Shown piece by piece: positions 24,588-38,027 of a stretch of DNA of 64,000 bases. The DNA lies in NCBI RefSeq assembly GCF_031769215.1, contig NW_026781915.1, positions 1,054,001-1,118,000 on the forward strand, given 5' to 3'. The DNA comes from Ylistrum balloti (taxonomy: Eukaryota). The notes beneath the pieces are model-generated. The model did no database searches, had not been told where the DNA came from, and saw only the letters and a list, made by a program, of their open reading frames with translations. The number at the start of each line of letters is the position of its first letter. The stretch's first letter is position 1. A program made the translations under genes and the position numbers.

Positions 24588-25575
24588 GTAAATGTACTAT
24601 GTTGTAGTACGTGAACGATGGTAAATGTACTACGTTGTAGTACGTGAACAATGGTAAATGTACTATGTTGTAGTACGTGAACGATGGTAAATGTACTACT
24701 TTGTAATACGTGAACAATGGTAAATGTACTACTTTGTAATACGTGAACAATGATAAATGTACTACTTTGTAGTATGTGAACGATGGTAAATGTACTACGT
24801 TGTAGTACGTGAACAATGGTAAATGTAGTACGTGAACGATGGTAAATGTACTACTTTGTAGTACGTGAACAATGGTAAATGTACTACTTTGTAGTACGTG
24901 AACAATGGTAAATGTACTACTTTGTAGTACGTGAACGATGGTAAATGTACTACGTTGTAGTACGTGAACAATGGTAAATGTACTACTTTGTAGTATGTGA
25001 CACTACTTTGTAGTACGTGAGCAATGGTAAATGTACTACATTGTAGTATGTGAATGATGGTAAATGTACAACTTTGTAGTATGTGACACTACTTTGTAGT
25101 ACGTGAGCAATGGTAAATGTAGTACGTGAACGATGGTAAATGTACTACTTTGTAGTACGTGAACAATGGTAAATGTAGTACGTGAACGATGGTAAATGTA
25201 CTACTTTGTAGTACGTGAACGATGGTAAATGTACTACTTTGTAGTACGTGAACAATGGTAAATGTACTACTTTGTAGTACGTGAACAATTGTAATTGTAC
25301 TAAGTTGTAGTATGTGAACGAGGGTAAATGTACTACTTTGTAGTATGTGACACTACTTTGTAGTACGTGAGCAATGGTAAATGTACTACATTGTAGTATG
25401 TGAATGATGGTAAATGTACAACTTTGTAGTACGTGAACGATGGTAAATGTACTACGTTGTAGTACGTGAACGATGGTAAATGTACTACTTTGTAGTACGT
25501 GAACAATTGTAATTGTACTAAGTTGTAGTATGTGAACGAGGGTAAATGTACTACTTTGTAGTATGTGAATAACAA
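24588..25575. repeat. 33-bp minisatellite (gtaaatgtactac[g/t]ttgtagtacgtgaacgatg) with an internal 7-bp inverted repeat
   Basis: Tandem 33-mers with deletion variants; source of the minus-strand FTYYKVVHLPS ORFs. Confidence 0.95.
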
Positions 25576-28500
25576 TAACCATTGTATTACAGTAATCTTG
25601 TCAATTCATTTCTTTATATTAAAGAAAATGATATTTTTCTACTTTTTATATTACAAACTATTCTTTTAGACAGACAGTATAAACAAATCTGTAGGTGAAT
25701 AGTTTTGGAGTGTATTTTGTTTTGATTGTCTGGGCGATTCAGACATATTGTGTTTATTGTACTACTTGGTCCTTACTTTCATCTTACATGTAGCTCCCCT
25801 AGACATACGCAGCAGATCTTAATATTGGATTACTTTAATTGCCAATTTGTCAGAACATTGGAAAGTTTGGAGCTCATTAAACTTGATCCGACACATGTTT
25901 CTGGTTTGTTTAATCACTGGCTCCCTCAAACATGCTCTGATACCTGCCTGTGGAGGAAAGTGTTGAGATTCAACTAGAGCTGACATGTTTGAAGCGCCAA
26001 GTTGTTTAAGTGGGGACTTAGGAACATGTTTTTCAAGTACATGACAGCATCATGGTGTCAGTGGTAAGCACAGTGTAAATGAGCCGTGATGTGGTTATAT
26101 GGCAGATTCTTCACTGAAATCTCATCAAAACTCAGGTTACTGATAGTGTTTGTAAATTTCAAACATTCAGTAAAACTTCAGTATGATGGCCTTCTTTTCA
26201 ATGGCAATCTTGTTGACCCCACCTTCACCTTTATGTAAATTCTTGTATATGCCAAACCTCATTGTAGTACACACTTTTTACTGGAAAGATGACAGCAATT
26301 ATTGAACTAGGTTTTACTGTAGTCACATGGAAAGTTTGGAAGTTGAATGTTTCTATAGATTGACAGCAACTCAAGAAAATTTCACTGTGGACTACACAGA
26401 TGTATTGTCATCATGATATAGAGGTCACAATACAATCTATACTTTGTGATATGCCAAATCTGCTCAGTTATTCTGCAAAATTTTGTCAAAATGTCAAATC
26501 ATCTTTATATATATATTTTCCTGTCTATTTTAAATGTAGCTGTCATATTATACAAACTGCTCTGGTTTTATCTGTTTCTAAGCCTCTTCCCTTTTTTGAT
26601 CAATGTAAATTCAAATCAATTCTATAATTTGGATTTGAAAACTTGGAAGTAAGTTGATAATTCTTTTTTTTTTATTTCATCTTCTTGATGGTCTACTATT
26701 GGTAATCACTCTTAGTGTCCCAAAACTCTTGATATAAAGAGGAAAAATCAAGCACTCAGCTGACCATGAAAACAAAGCACTTACAGTTGATTTGAATGAT
26801 GAAAACCAGTTTGTATCTTCCCCCTGTGACAGAGTAAAATGATATAACAATAGATTTATCAGACAATATGTCCATATAAGGTTATACTTACTTAATCTTA
26901 ATGCAAGTTGGTGGCTGTGAATACAGTGTTAGTGCCAGTGAATACAGCTGGGAAGAGATTAGGTAAACAAAGGTTTATTATTGCCTTCATTGCTATATTC
27001 TTTGACCTCCTTCCTATCTTATTTAATTACCATTTTTTGGCTTGTCTTCAGCAATTTCTATATGTTTTCATATATATCATGTACAGTAGTACATAGTTGT
27101 CAGCTGGCGACCTTTCGGTATATCTGAATTGGCTTTTTGTGTATATGTAAGTCTTCCAAATTACTGTCAATTTTTTCCCTCTCCAACAACCTATCTGTTG
27201 ATCTTGTGTTACCTTTGCAATGCATTTTTTGCTTGTTAGATGAAGAAATAATCTTTTATGCAGGAATTAAGTCCTGAAGTAATCTTGATGTTGTATCAGC
27301 TTGCAGAAATATTATTGTGTTGAAAATAATACCAATGTTTCTCAGGGTAGAGTTTGAAGATTTCAAATCTTTGTTAATGTGTTACAATAAAATTTGGATG
27401 CTTTTCAAGCTTTTGATTGACCAAGATTACATCATATTCAGGAAGCAAGAGTAAAAAAGATTTTTCTTGGCACAGACATAATATAAATTGGTCCAGATGC
27501 AAGAAATTACACAGAAATATACTACTGATGTGAAATGAGGGGATCCCAGTCGCAGATTAGTGTAGGTATGTGTGGGGTATGGTGTAACAGATGCATTGTC
27601 GGCATAGTAACCAATACCAGGCTATCTACATCCCATAATATTACATCTGGAATAAACAAAGCATTGTTAGACGTTTTTTGAATATTGTGAATTTTATTTC
27701 AACACAACTGAAATGAAGCAGAAATTTGATTTAAGAGTATACAAGCTTAAAGATACACAAGGAAATAGAAAAACAAGACCTAGTAGGCAGTGATTTCAAA
27801 ACCTTTTATTGGATGTCTCCTTCCCAGTTTGTCTCAATCTGTCTAATTAGTCACTAATTGATCTCACATGAGGAGGGCACCAGAATGTACCTAAACAAGA
27901 AGCAGTCACTGGAACCAAGTTCCAGATTAAAGAGATAAAAATGACAGAATCAATATTTAGGGGTTTTACCTTGGTGTACCACGCTGGTGTAATGTGTGTT
28001 ACACAAGCAGTTTTATGACATTATTTCCATTTTCTTTTTGGATATAATTTACTTTAAAGAAAACATTTAAAATTTCATTAAATTGTTTTCCTGGCTTTTA
28101 TGCCGTCTTTGAAATTATTACTTACGTCAATGAAATTTGAGAATATGTAAAACTGCTGTTGACAGAATCTTGTTTAAAAACAAGGCTAAGAATCGTACAA
28201 CAGATGACTGAAAAAGGATGTTTGTCTGTAACAGTTTAGCTACATGTGTTCCTGTCATCTACTTGGCCTGTGTCAGAGACGTGATTTTGTTAAATATGTG
28301 CTTGTCGTCTGTCGAGTTTTTGTCAGAGGCATTTTCACCATTCCTGATGAGATAGACCCTTTTTTCGGTCTATCATTTACCAGTCTTGTGTCTGTCGCAA
28401 ATTGGGATTGATGCCTCGTCAGGTCGGGTTTGATCTTATCTTCATGGCGGAAGAAAAAACATCACAATCTATATGTTCCTGATCCTTACAAAGTCTGCAG

Positions 28501-28616
28501 GGACAGGTTTTTCATGGAGTTGGTGCTGTAACTTAAGAGCTTTCTTCTCACTTTCCCCTTCTGAGTTTTTAGAGGATTTTATTGTTGTGTCACAGTTTAT
28601 CATGGTAATATTGTTA

Positions 28617-29480
28617 CGTATCATAAACTTAACCATAGTTAGGGATCATATGTTTAACCCTTGTTGGATAGTTAGGTATAATGAACAACCCTTGTTCGAT
28701 ATCATAAACTTAACCATGGTTAGGGATCATATGTTTAACCCTTGTTAGGTAGTTAGGTATAATAAACAACCTTTGCTCGATATCATTAACTTAACCATAG
28801 TTAGGGATCATATGTTTAACCCTTGTTAGGTAGTTAGGTATAATAAACAACCTTTGCTCGATATCATTAACTTAACCATAGTTAGGGATGTTTAACCCTT
28901 GTTAGGTAGTTAGGTATAATAAACAACCTTTGCTCGATATCATTAACTTCACCATAGTTAGGGATCATATGTTTAACCCTTGTTAGGTAGTTAGGTATAA
29001 TAAACAACCTTTGCTCGATATCATTAACTTAACCATAGTTAGGGATCATATGTTTAACCCTTGTTAGGTAGTTAGGTATAATAAACAACCTTTGCTCGAT
29101 ATCATTAACTTAACCATAGTTAGGGATCATAGTTAGGGATCATATGTTTAACCCTTGTTAGGTAGTTAGGTATAATAAACAACCTTTGCTCGATATCATT
29201 AACTTAACCATAGTTAGGGATCATATGTTTAACCCTTGTTAGGTAGTTAGGTATAATAAACAACCTTTGCTCGATATCATTAACTTAACCATAGTTAGGG
29301 ATCATATGTTTAACCCTTGTTAGGTAGTTAGGTATAATAAACAACCTTTGCTCGATATCATTAACTTCACCATAGTTAGGGATCATATGTTTAACCCTTG
29401 TTAGGTAGTTAGGTATAATAAACAACCCTTGTTCAGTAACATAGAGTTAACCATGGTTAGGTATCTTAAACTTAACCCTG
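28617..29480. repeat. 81-bp tandem repeat, about 10 units
   Basis: ttaaccatag recurs at 28791 and 28872 (period 81) and onward. Confidence 0.95.
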
Positions 29481-31593
29481 CTTTGTTATCGTAAATTCAA
29501 CATGGTTAGTTATCATAAACATAACATGGTTCGGTATCTCAAACTTTACTGTTACATTTCATTATCATCAGCCATTCATGTTAATGTTGTTTTTATATTT
29601 CCATGTTATTCTTTTCTGAGTCATATGTGCTTAGAGGATAATCAATTCCACCTGTCTTTTATGTGAATGTGTATTCACAGGTATTTTTTCTGTATGAAAC
29701 TTTGTCCATGTTGTAGTTTTTACTGGTGTATGTAACCCAGAACAGGGGTTATAACATTATTTTTTGGCATCTCTTCTTGTTTGTAGACTTGGAGAAAGTG
29801 ATAATTCATCTTCAGAGAGATCTGACATGCATTTAATTTCAAGGCCTATTGCCAAAGCAGCATGTTGTTATGTTGGTGGGCTGAGACCTTGTATATCAGT
29901 GGTCAAACATACTGTACATAGTGTAAGATTCTGACAGAAACCTTTGGTCTAAAGTCAGTACATACAATGCAATGTTTGAAGTGATTTAAAAAGAATGTTG
30001 TTGTGTCAGGCCTCCATGCTTGTGATACAAAGCTCTTATGCATGAAATTAGAGCTTAAACCATGACGATTGAAAATATTCATCAGTGCCAAATTGTTTTT
30101 TCTACTGACTTTGTTTCAAATTCTTCCAAATCCTTCAAAATCCTTGGAAAAATGTTGAATTTGAGATGCTAATAGAAAGAAAACAATTTAGCATGAGTAT
30201 GTTGTTACCTAGAAACATGTTCCAATGATAGCTGAGTTTTATTTAGCGTGAACATGAAGTTACCTAGAAACATGTTCTAATGATAGCTGACATTTTGTCA
30301 GCTGTGAAGGTTTACAGAGTTGGACATCATGTTATACAATACATTGATTAATGAAACAGAGGAAAAAACTGAGCCGGAAGTAGTCAAACTAATCCAGTAA
30401 TGTATTGACAGATAGAGCAACAGTAAGTGTTTCATTGTTTAGGTTTCTGTGTAGTCATGGTCTAATTACATTCGTGAGAGATGGCTCGGGCTTGTCCTCA
30501 AAGTGTAAAGAATACCCGCCTCTCAACAATTCTTACCAGGTGGCCATCTTTGTTGTTACTGGGCAGACATCTTTTAAACATCCTGTCGGTGTAGGATTTC
30601 CGACTTCACATGTGACAACATTTAGATGTGCTTTGATTTGAACCCTGTCCAAGGGAAGTTTGGAAGAGGTTTTGATTAAGTCTGATGTGTGTATAAATGT
30701 GTTGAGTGTTTGTGATTGTTTCTGCATATGTTTCCTGTTTAAACTATTGGATGTGTCAGCACATAGGAAACTCATTTTCACCAACTCCTCTCCATTAGAT
30801 TAATTCTTATTTAGTATCAATTAATCATTGCTAAATGGTGACCTGTAATACTAGAAAGTTAGGTTGTTATACAAGTTGCATATTGTAGCAATCAGAATTT
30901 TATTGTTATAATCAAATGTAATAAATCAATAATAAAAACAGAAATAAATTTTTGTTTAGCTGGCTGTTATTCCATGCTTGTAAAATTTGATGGTAAAAAC
31001 AGCATAGTGTCGCTTGCTATTCATTTTTGAACGCATCTTCCTATGAAAGATTAACAAATTGTTTAATGGTTTTTGTGATGTTGACTGCCATAACGGAGAG
31101 GATGATTAATCAGGTGCCATTGTCAGACTTATCTACTGATACATCCAGGTCCTGGTAATGTTTGTACAGATGGTGCTTGAACTACCATTCCTCAGTATCA
31201 TTTATGAATCAGAGGTAGAATTCGCAGAGGTTAGTAGAATGCCTGGGATATTTTCATCAGTATAGTGACCTTGACATTGATGTATTACTGAGTGACATGC
31301 ATTCACAGTGAAATGGATGTCAGCTTTGAGAAACAAAGGGAGGATGTCCACATCTGTTTTAGCTGCTGTGGAGTTACAAGACCACAACCAAAAAATTACA
31401 TGACCTTGTATAAACACATGGTAACATTCATCAGTGTCAGGCTTTTGTTTACATTCTCTGGCAGCAGAATTGCAATGGGTTTTTGAGGTGGAGGTCACTT
31501 TGTTTAATATCTACATTGACAAATTTTCATCCAAGAATCAGTAGTTGAAGTGGGATCGGGAGTGTAGGCTCGGGAGTGTAGAAATAGAGGTAC

Positions 31594-31790
31594 TATGTTA
31601 CTTTAGTCTGTGTGTCACAGTTCTAGGGATAACATGGTTTGTTTATATGTTATTTAGTCTGTGTGTCACAGTTCTAGGGATAACTTATTTTGTTTATATG
31701 TTACTTTAGTCTGTGTGTCACAGTTTTAGATATAACTTGGTTTGCCCTGTTAATATGTTACCTTTGTCTGCATGTCACAGTTCTAAAGAT
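31594..31790. repeat. About 52-bp tandem repeat (tatgttactttagtctgtgtgtcacagttctagggataac...), about 4 units
   Basis: Unit starts at 31594, 31646 and 31697. Confidence 0.85.
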
Positions 31791-34700
31791 AAATCAGTTT
31801 GCCCCATTCATGTCTTGCCCCTTTTATCTCAAAATTGTTTCTTGGTCCAGGAATATGGATTTCTACATTTCTAAATTTAAACGCAGGTAAATGTGTCTTT
31901 GGTCAGATTATTTGAAGATATGTTTCAGTGCTGATTAAGAACATTGAAGGAAATCCTACTGGCAGTGTAGTGACCTGTATGTATTTTCAACATTTCCTAT
32001 TCTTGTAAAGAGAATGCAGGCAAATTTCACAAATCTGAGGCCAAAAATTGTAACAGGAGTTTCTTGGAGTGGAGCATGCTGGGATTGGATTTAAGGTTGT
32101 GATTATTAAAGGTCGAGGTCACGAGACAGATATACAAATAAATAAGTTGTAAAACGTGTAGAATTTTCTCATTTTGGATTAAGGAAATGAATAATTCTAT
32201 AGGCTATGAGATGAAAAGGTTTACTGCAACATGGCAAGAATACCATGACATGCGATCTAATTCGTCCATGTCTCTCTGATGTTTCCTTGTAGAGATGTTT
32301 TTCTTAAATGTATAACATAAGATGCTACTTTTTCATTTTTTTTTTTTTTTGATTTTTTGACAACAACCAAGAATTTCTCATTTCTTTGTGAAACCGACTG
32401 AAGTTGTTCTTTATCTCGTTTCTTGGGAGACAAACGGAGTAGGCTGGGAAATTCCTTTGACCTGTATAGCTCTTGTCTTAAATTAGGCAAGAGGGGGAAA
32501 TATCTTGTTTCAAAATAATTCTTGTGTAAAGGTCAACCTTGTTGACCTCAGTAATCAGATGTAAGGTGGGAGGCTGCATAGCAAGGTTGGTTGTACTGGG
32601 TTAAAAAAAAACATAATTAGGAACATTTTCAGTCAAAACAGTTGTGATGCTTAGAGTTGTTTCTGACTTTGTGAAGGTCATGGTTAATCAGATGGTCACA
32701 GGGAGACGTCGTATACATGATAAGTTGTATTGAAGCATTTATTTGTGAATGAAGATGAATCCCTGTACCATCTGCTGTTGGGAACGTCTCAGTATTGTCA
32801 TGTACTGTTCTCATTGGGGTGAAGGATGAATCTAGATCAAATCGGATAAATTTACACCACAAAAATACTTACTATTTAGCCAAGACATTTAACTTAGAAT
32901 GTGTGATGTAATTATTCTGTTAAAGTGCACTTCATTCTTGCTGTTTTTCATGTTCTTGAGTACACAAAATGCAGCCATAGCCATCTTCGTTTGTTTTGGT
33001 ATATTAGCACCCCAGTATTGTGTGTTTTGTCATGCCTCATCCCTCAGTCTGTTCTGGTTAACAGTTTTTTGGGGAGATAACCATCTGTGGTACACAAACT
33101 GAGAGTTAGAAAAGATGGAGGTAGACTTACTGACCCAGCTGACGGGCTACAACCAAGCATAACATTGATACGAATGTACTGTGTCTGCTCATCAAAAAGT
33201 TTGTAGATAGAAACTGCTGAATGTTTAGTCAGGTCAAAGGTGAACAGAGCTCTTCAATATTTATTGTTAAAATTCTGTAATAAATCTTACACTGGCAGTC
33301 ATAATTTTGATAAATAAGATCCCCCCTCCCCATGAGATCTTGACAAATTGGCAAATAAGAGAACATGACTTTTTTCTCTGGAATGCTTGTTATATGGTAC
33401 TAGTATTTGATATCAGATAAAGAGTATTAAGGATCAATATTAAGGCAGTATTCAAGTGTTAAGGGTCTGCTTTACCAAAATGTTTGGCCTATGTCCAGTA
33501 TAGGTTGGGTTACGTTGGTTGTAGGGACTAATCTGTGGGATACGCAGTGTAGAAATGATATGTTTTTCTACACCAGCTGTTTTTTTACAACATCGACATT
33601 TTCTGCTTGTTTGAAATTCTTTGTTTGTTTTTGTATTCTGCCACTTGCCTATCTCCTTGTTAGTTCACCCACCACAGACACTGAAATATCTGAAGTGAAA
33701 GGTTTTCAACAGGTTTTATGGCGGTGCACAAAATTCGTGCAAGAATGAAGACAAGTTGATATACTTTCACAGTCTTTTAATGGTATCAGAGTCACATAGC
33801 AACATATGTACTGGAAAATAAGATAGAAATTTACGCCAATATAGAAATTTACTCCAATATTTTATGAGCAAGAAGTCTTCAACACTTAATCATTTGATGT
33901 TCAAAGAAACTAGATAGAATTGTGTCTTTTTATAGATTTAAACAAGTGCTTTTGACAATTTTGAGTCATTTAGGGTCAACACAGTTGACCTGATATTGAC
34001 AAACATAAGGAAGTATAAATGAGAAAGTGTCGGAGAATATGCCCTGTCAACACAGATGTGTGTAATGCATTACATGAGAGTTGTCATTAGAAGCATGTTA
34101 TCAGTTGTAACATGTGACCTACAGAGGTAACCTCTGACCCCACATAAGCACCTCCACATATATAAGACCTTTATCAGTACAAATTGTTACAAGTTTGTGT
34201 ATACATTATATTTATTATTTATTATTGTCTACATGATTTCTTAATGGACTCTGCCAGCATGCAGTTTCTCTTTGACATGGAAGTCTGTGGTGGTATGAAG
34301 GACCTGGAAGTAGTTGACAATCTTTAACCTAACTAACTGACTTCACTACAGGTTTGATTTCAGTTCAGTTTTCTTGTTTGTCAAAACACAGGGAACTTCC
34401 ATATGAAAAAGGATATATTTTGCTGTAGATATGTTGTGTGTGACAGATTTGGAACTGTACCAGTGATCTTGTGCGGCACTAGTGTTGTGAAATGGTCAAG
34501 GTGTTGTTTTGGTGTTAAGATATAAAAGTTCAATTGATCGATGGTATAGGACTTACATATCAACAACTGTCATTGAGTTACGAGGCTCCAAGACTAGCCT
34601 TGCCCTGCAGACCTAAGAAGGATTCATCTCAGGAAGACCTTACAAACAAGCCCTGCATTGTTGTATCGTGGCAGATCTGAACACAACTCATCTCCAAAAA

Positions 34701-34814
34701 TTAGCCCTGTGTTGTAGTGAGGATAGAATTAAGTAGGACGCATCACCTCATGACTACCATGTATTGACCGAAGGGGTTCCTGTCACTGACACTAGCCTTA
34801 CTGTTTATTAATGG

Positions 34815-35735
34815 TAGACCTAAGCAGGATTCAGACCCCTGAGACTGACCTTATATTGTGTAGACAGCTGTAGTCCTAAGCAGGATTCAGACCCCTGAGA
34901 CTGGCCTTATATTGTATAGACAGCTGTAGACCTAAGCGGGATTCAGACCCCTGAGACTGACCTTATATTGTGTAGACAGCTGTAGACCTAAGCAGGATTC
35001 AGACCCCTGAGACTGACCTTATATTATGTAGACAGCTGTAGACCTAAGCAGGGTTCAGACCCCTGAGACTGGCCTTATATTATGTAGACAGCTGTAGACC
35101 TAAGCAGGATTTAAATCCCTGAGACTGACTTTATATTGTATAGACAGCTGTAGACCTAAGCAGGATTCAAATCTCTGAGACTGACCTGTCTGATTGACAG
35201 CAGACCTAAGAAGGATTTAAATCCCTGAGACTGACCCGTCTGATTGACAGCAGACCTAAGCAGGATTCAAATCCCTGAGACTGGCCTTATATTGTTTAGA
35301 CAGCTGTAGACCTAAGCAGGATTCAAATCTCTGAGACTGACCCGTCTGATTGACAGCAGACCTAAGAAGGATTTAAATCCTGGAAACTGGCCTTATATTG
35401 TATAAACAGCAAACCTAAGCAGGATTTAAATCTCTGAGACTGACCCGTCTGATTGACAGCAGACCTAAGCAGGATTTAAATCCCTGAGACTGACCCATCT
35501 GATTGACAGCAGACCTAAGCAGGATTTAAATCCCTGAGACTGACCTTATATTGTTTAGACAGCTGTAGACCTAAGCAGGATTCAAATCCCTGAGACTGAC
35601 CTGTCTGATTGACAGCAGACCTAAGAAGGATTCAGATCCTGGAGACTGGCGTTATATAGTATTAACGACGGACCTAAGCAGGATTAAGTGCCCTGGAGTA
35701 GTCCTACATTGTATTGACAGCAGACCTAAGTAGGA
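34815..35735. repeat. Composite 56/50-bp tandem repeat (gacctaagcaggattcagacccctgagactgacc...)
   Basis: Two unit variants interleave, sharing the gacctaagcaggatt...ctgagactg head. Confidence 0.93.
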
Positions 35736-36326
35736 TTCAGCTCCCCAGACTTAATACACAACGTAATATTCACATGATGTTAGATAGAATATGTCTTGGT
35801 CAGGAGCCAGAAGCAAGATCTATAGACTGTTCCAGGTGCTTCCAGAGAAAAAAAATATATTGTTGTTGCGCATATACAGGAAACAAAATGGTGGTTTTGG
35901 GATTCCTGTATATTTCAGGCATGCTGCTGAAAGAAAATTCAATAGTTTGTGAATTGTGATTGGCACTTCTTATAAACTGGTTTCATGTGTTGGGACAAAG
36001 GATTTTGAGCTACTGTGATGCATTCTCGTCTCCGCATTGAAAAAGCTAGCTTCTGATTGAATTGATTATTTCAGGAAGATAAACATTTGTTATTTTTATT
36101 TCACGACTCCGTCCTTTTGTGTTAAATCTGTCACGATATGATCGAGACACATGAGTTTGTTCTGTTCTGGATTTTTACCGTCTGATACCAAAAAGATTTT
36201 GGTGCATTCTTAGACGAATCAGTAATCGATACAATGTGACAGTTAAAAGACTTTTGTGGTCGGCACCCGTCTAACATTTGAACCTCTGCATGAATTTGTG
36301 GCCAAGAATACGTTTGGAAGCAGTAA

Positions 36327-36660
36327 CATTGTGTGACATTGGAGTTGATACCTGTGTGACATTTGGAGTTGATACCTGTGTGACATTGGAGCCGATACCC
36401 GTGTAATTTTTGGAGTTGATACCTGTGTGTCATTTGGAGTTGATACCTGTATGACATTTGGAGTTGATACCTGTATGACATTTGGAGTTGATACCTGTGT
36501 GACATTTGGAGTTGATACCTGTGTGACATTGGAGCTGATACCCTTGTGAAATTTTGGAGTTATCTACCTGTGTGATTTTTGGAGTGGATATTTGTGCAAC
36601 ATCTAGAGTTGATAACTGTGTGACATTTTGACACAGTATCTGTGTGATTTTTGGAAACGG
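36327..36660. repeat. 24-bp minisatellite (tttggagttgatacctgtgtgaca)
   Basis: Tandem 23-24-mers; source of the HRYQLQMS-type ORFs. Confidence 0.92.
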
Positions 36661-37658
36661 CACCTATATGTTTGCATTAGAGTTAGCTAAACATATGTGA
36701 CATGTGTGACCCATGTAACTTTTAGAGATGATTCAGGGATATGTTGGACATATATAGACATAACTAGAAAGAATGTTATGGAACCGTTTTAATGTCAGGG
36801 GATACAACTAATCACCTGTATCATGATTAATTCCATATATACCTTGAATTTACTAGATATATTAACCAGATGTTGGACATGCTGTACATGTTTGTGTTAA
36901 TGATTATGTAATCAACACTATGTTGACACTATCTCCACATACCTATAATCTGATAACACACATATGTACACATATTGTTTGATAATCAGGTTGTATGGTT
37001 AATAGCTTTGGTGTGACATGCAGGGTTTACCAAGTGTATTTGTTAGAAATGTCTGACCAGCACACAGGCTCTCCTCAGCAAAAATGATTTTGACGGCATC
37101 AAACTGAATCCACTCTGAAAATCATTGGTAAAAACTTGGATGTTTAACCGTCCAATGAAATGCTTATATACACTTACATCTCAGAATTTGAAATAACTTC
37201 TTCATTTTAGAAGTTTTATGCCGATTCTGATGTCAAGTTTACTGCATGGAATGCAACTAAGCTTAGATATTTGAAGAAAAATGCTGTTAAGTTTAGGATG
37301 TTGACAGGCAAATGTTTTATGATGGATTATTTTGTGGTGTGATCCAGAAATAAATGCCTTTACCTCTGACACGGATTCCTGACAGACGATAGCATCGTGA
37401 TACCACAGACATTGGAGACCTTTATCAGAGATAATGTGTGACTTGCGAAAGTGGAACCAAAATGGCAGCTGTCGAGAAAAGCATAAGGAATTGTAATTCA
37501 GTAATCAAGTTTATAAAAAATGTCCCAGTTAATTTCAGTGCTCTGGATAATGAATTATTAAACACACACTCCTGCATAATGCTGACAAAAGTTGTCTCCC
37601 TTGATATATTTACATTGGATGTGACAATGACAGTTTTATTTCAAAGAGATCAATAACT

Positions 37659-38027
37659 ATGATCAAGTGGACATGGAATTTATTAGAAAAAGCCAGAAGT
37701 ACTCCAGACATTTCCTCACACAATGGCCACTTTCTGGCTCCAGAACAACGGAGTTACTTCCCCTGGAGGCGTTTGTCCCCTTCTCCACTGCCGGTCCTCA
37801 GGGTAGTGCGCCCCTGTCTTAGATGTGGTTGTTACTATTCTTGTATGTGCGGCTTGTCTCCATGGCTAAAGACCAGACGGCCATCTTTACAGGAAGCTGT
37901 CCGCGGACTATTACTTCCTGACACCCTCACAGTGCGTCGGTGGTCTTTCCAAAACACCATCAGGAAGTTGTCTGAACCTAATGTCGTAAGAAGATATTCG
38001 CTTCCAACAAATATTGAAAATTATGTG
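37659..38027 (+). CDS. Putative alternative first coding exon (123 aa, Cys cluster, five R-R/K-x-S motifs)
   Basis: First 123 codons of non-repetitive ORF 37659..38150, locally more GC-rich. Phase-0 donor GTG|GTAAAA at 38028 (moderate strength), after which the sequence reverts to AT-rich intron-like DNA. Confidence 0.65.
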
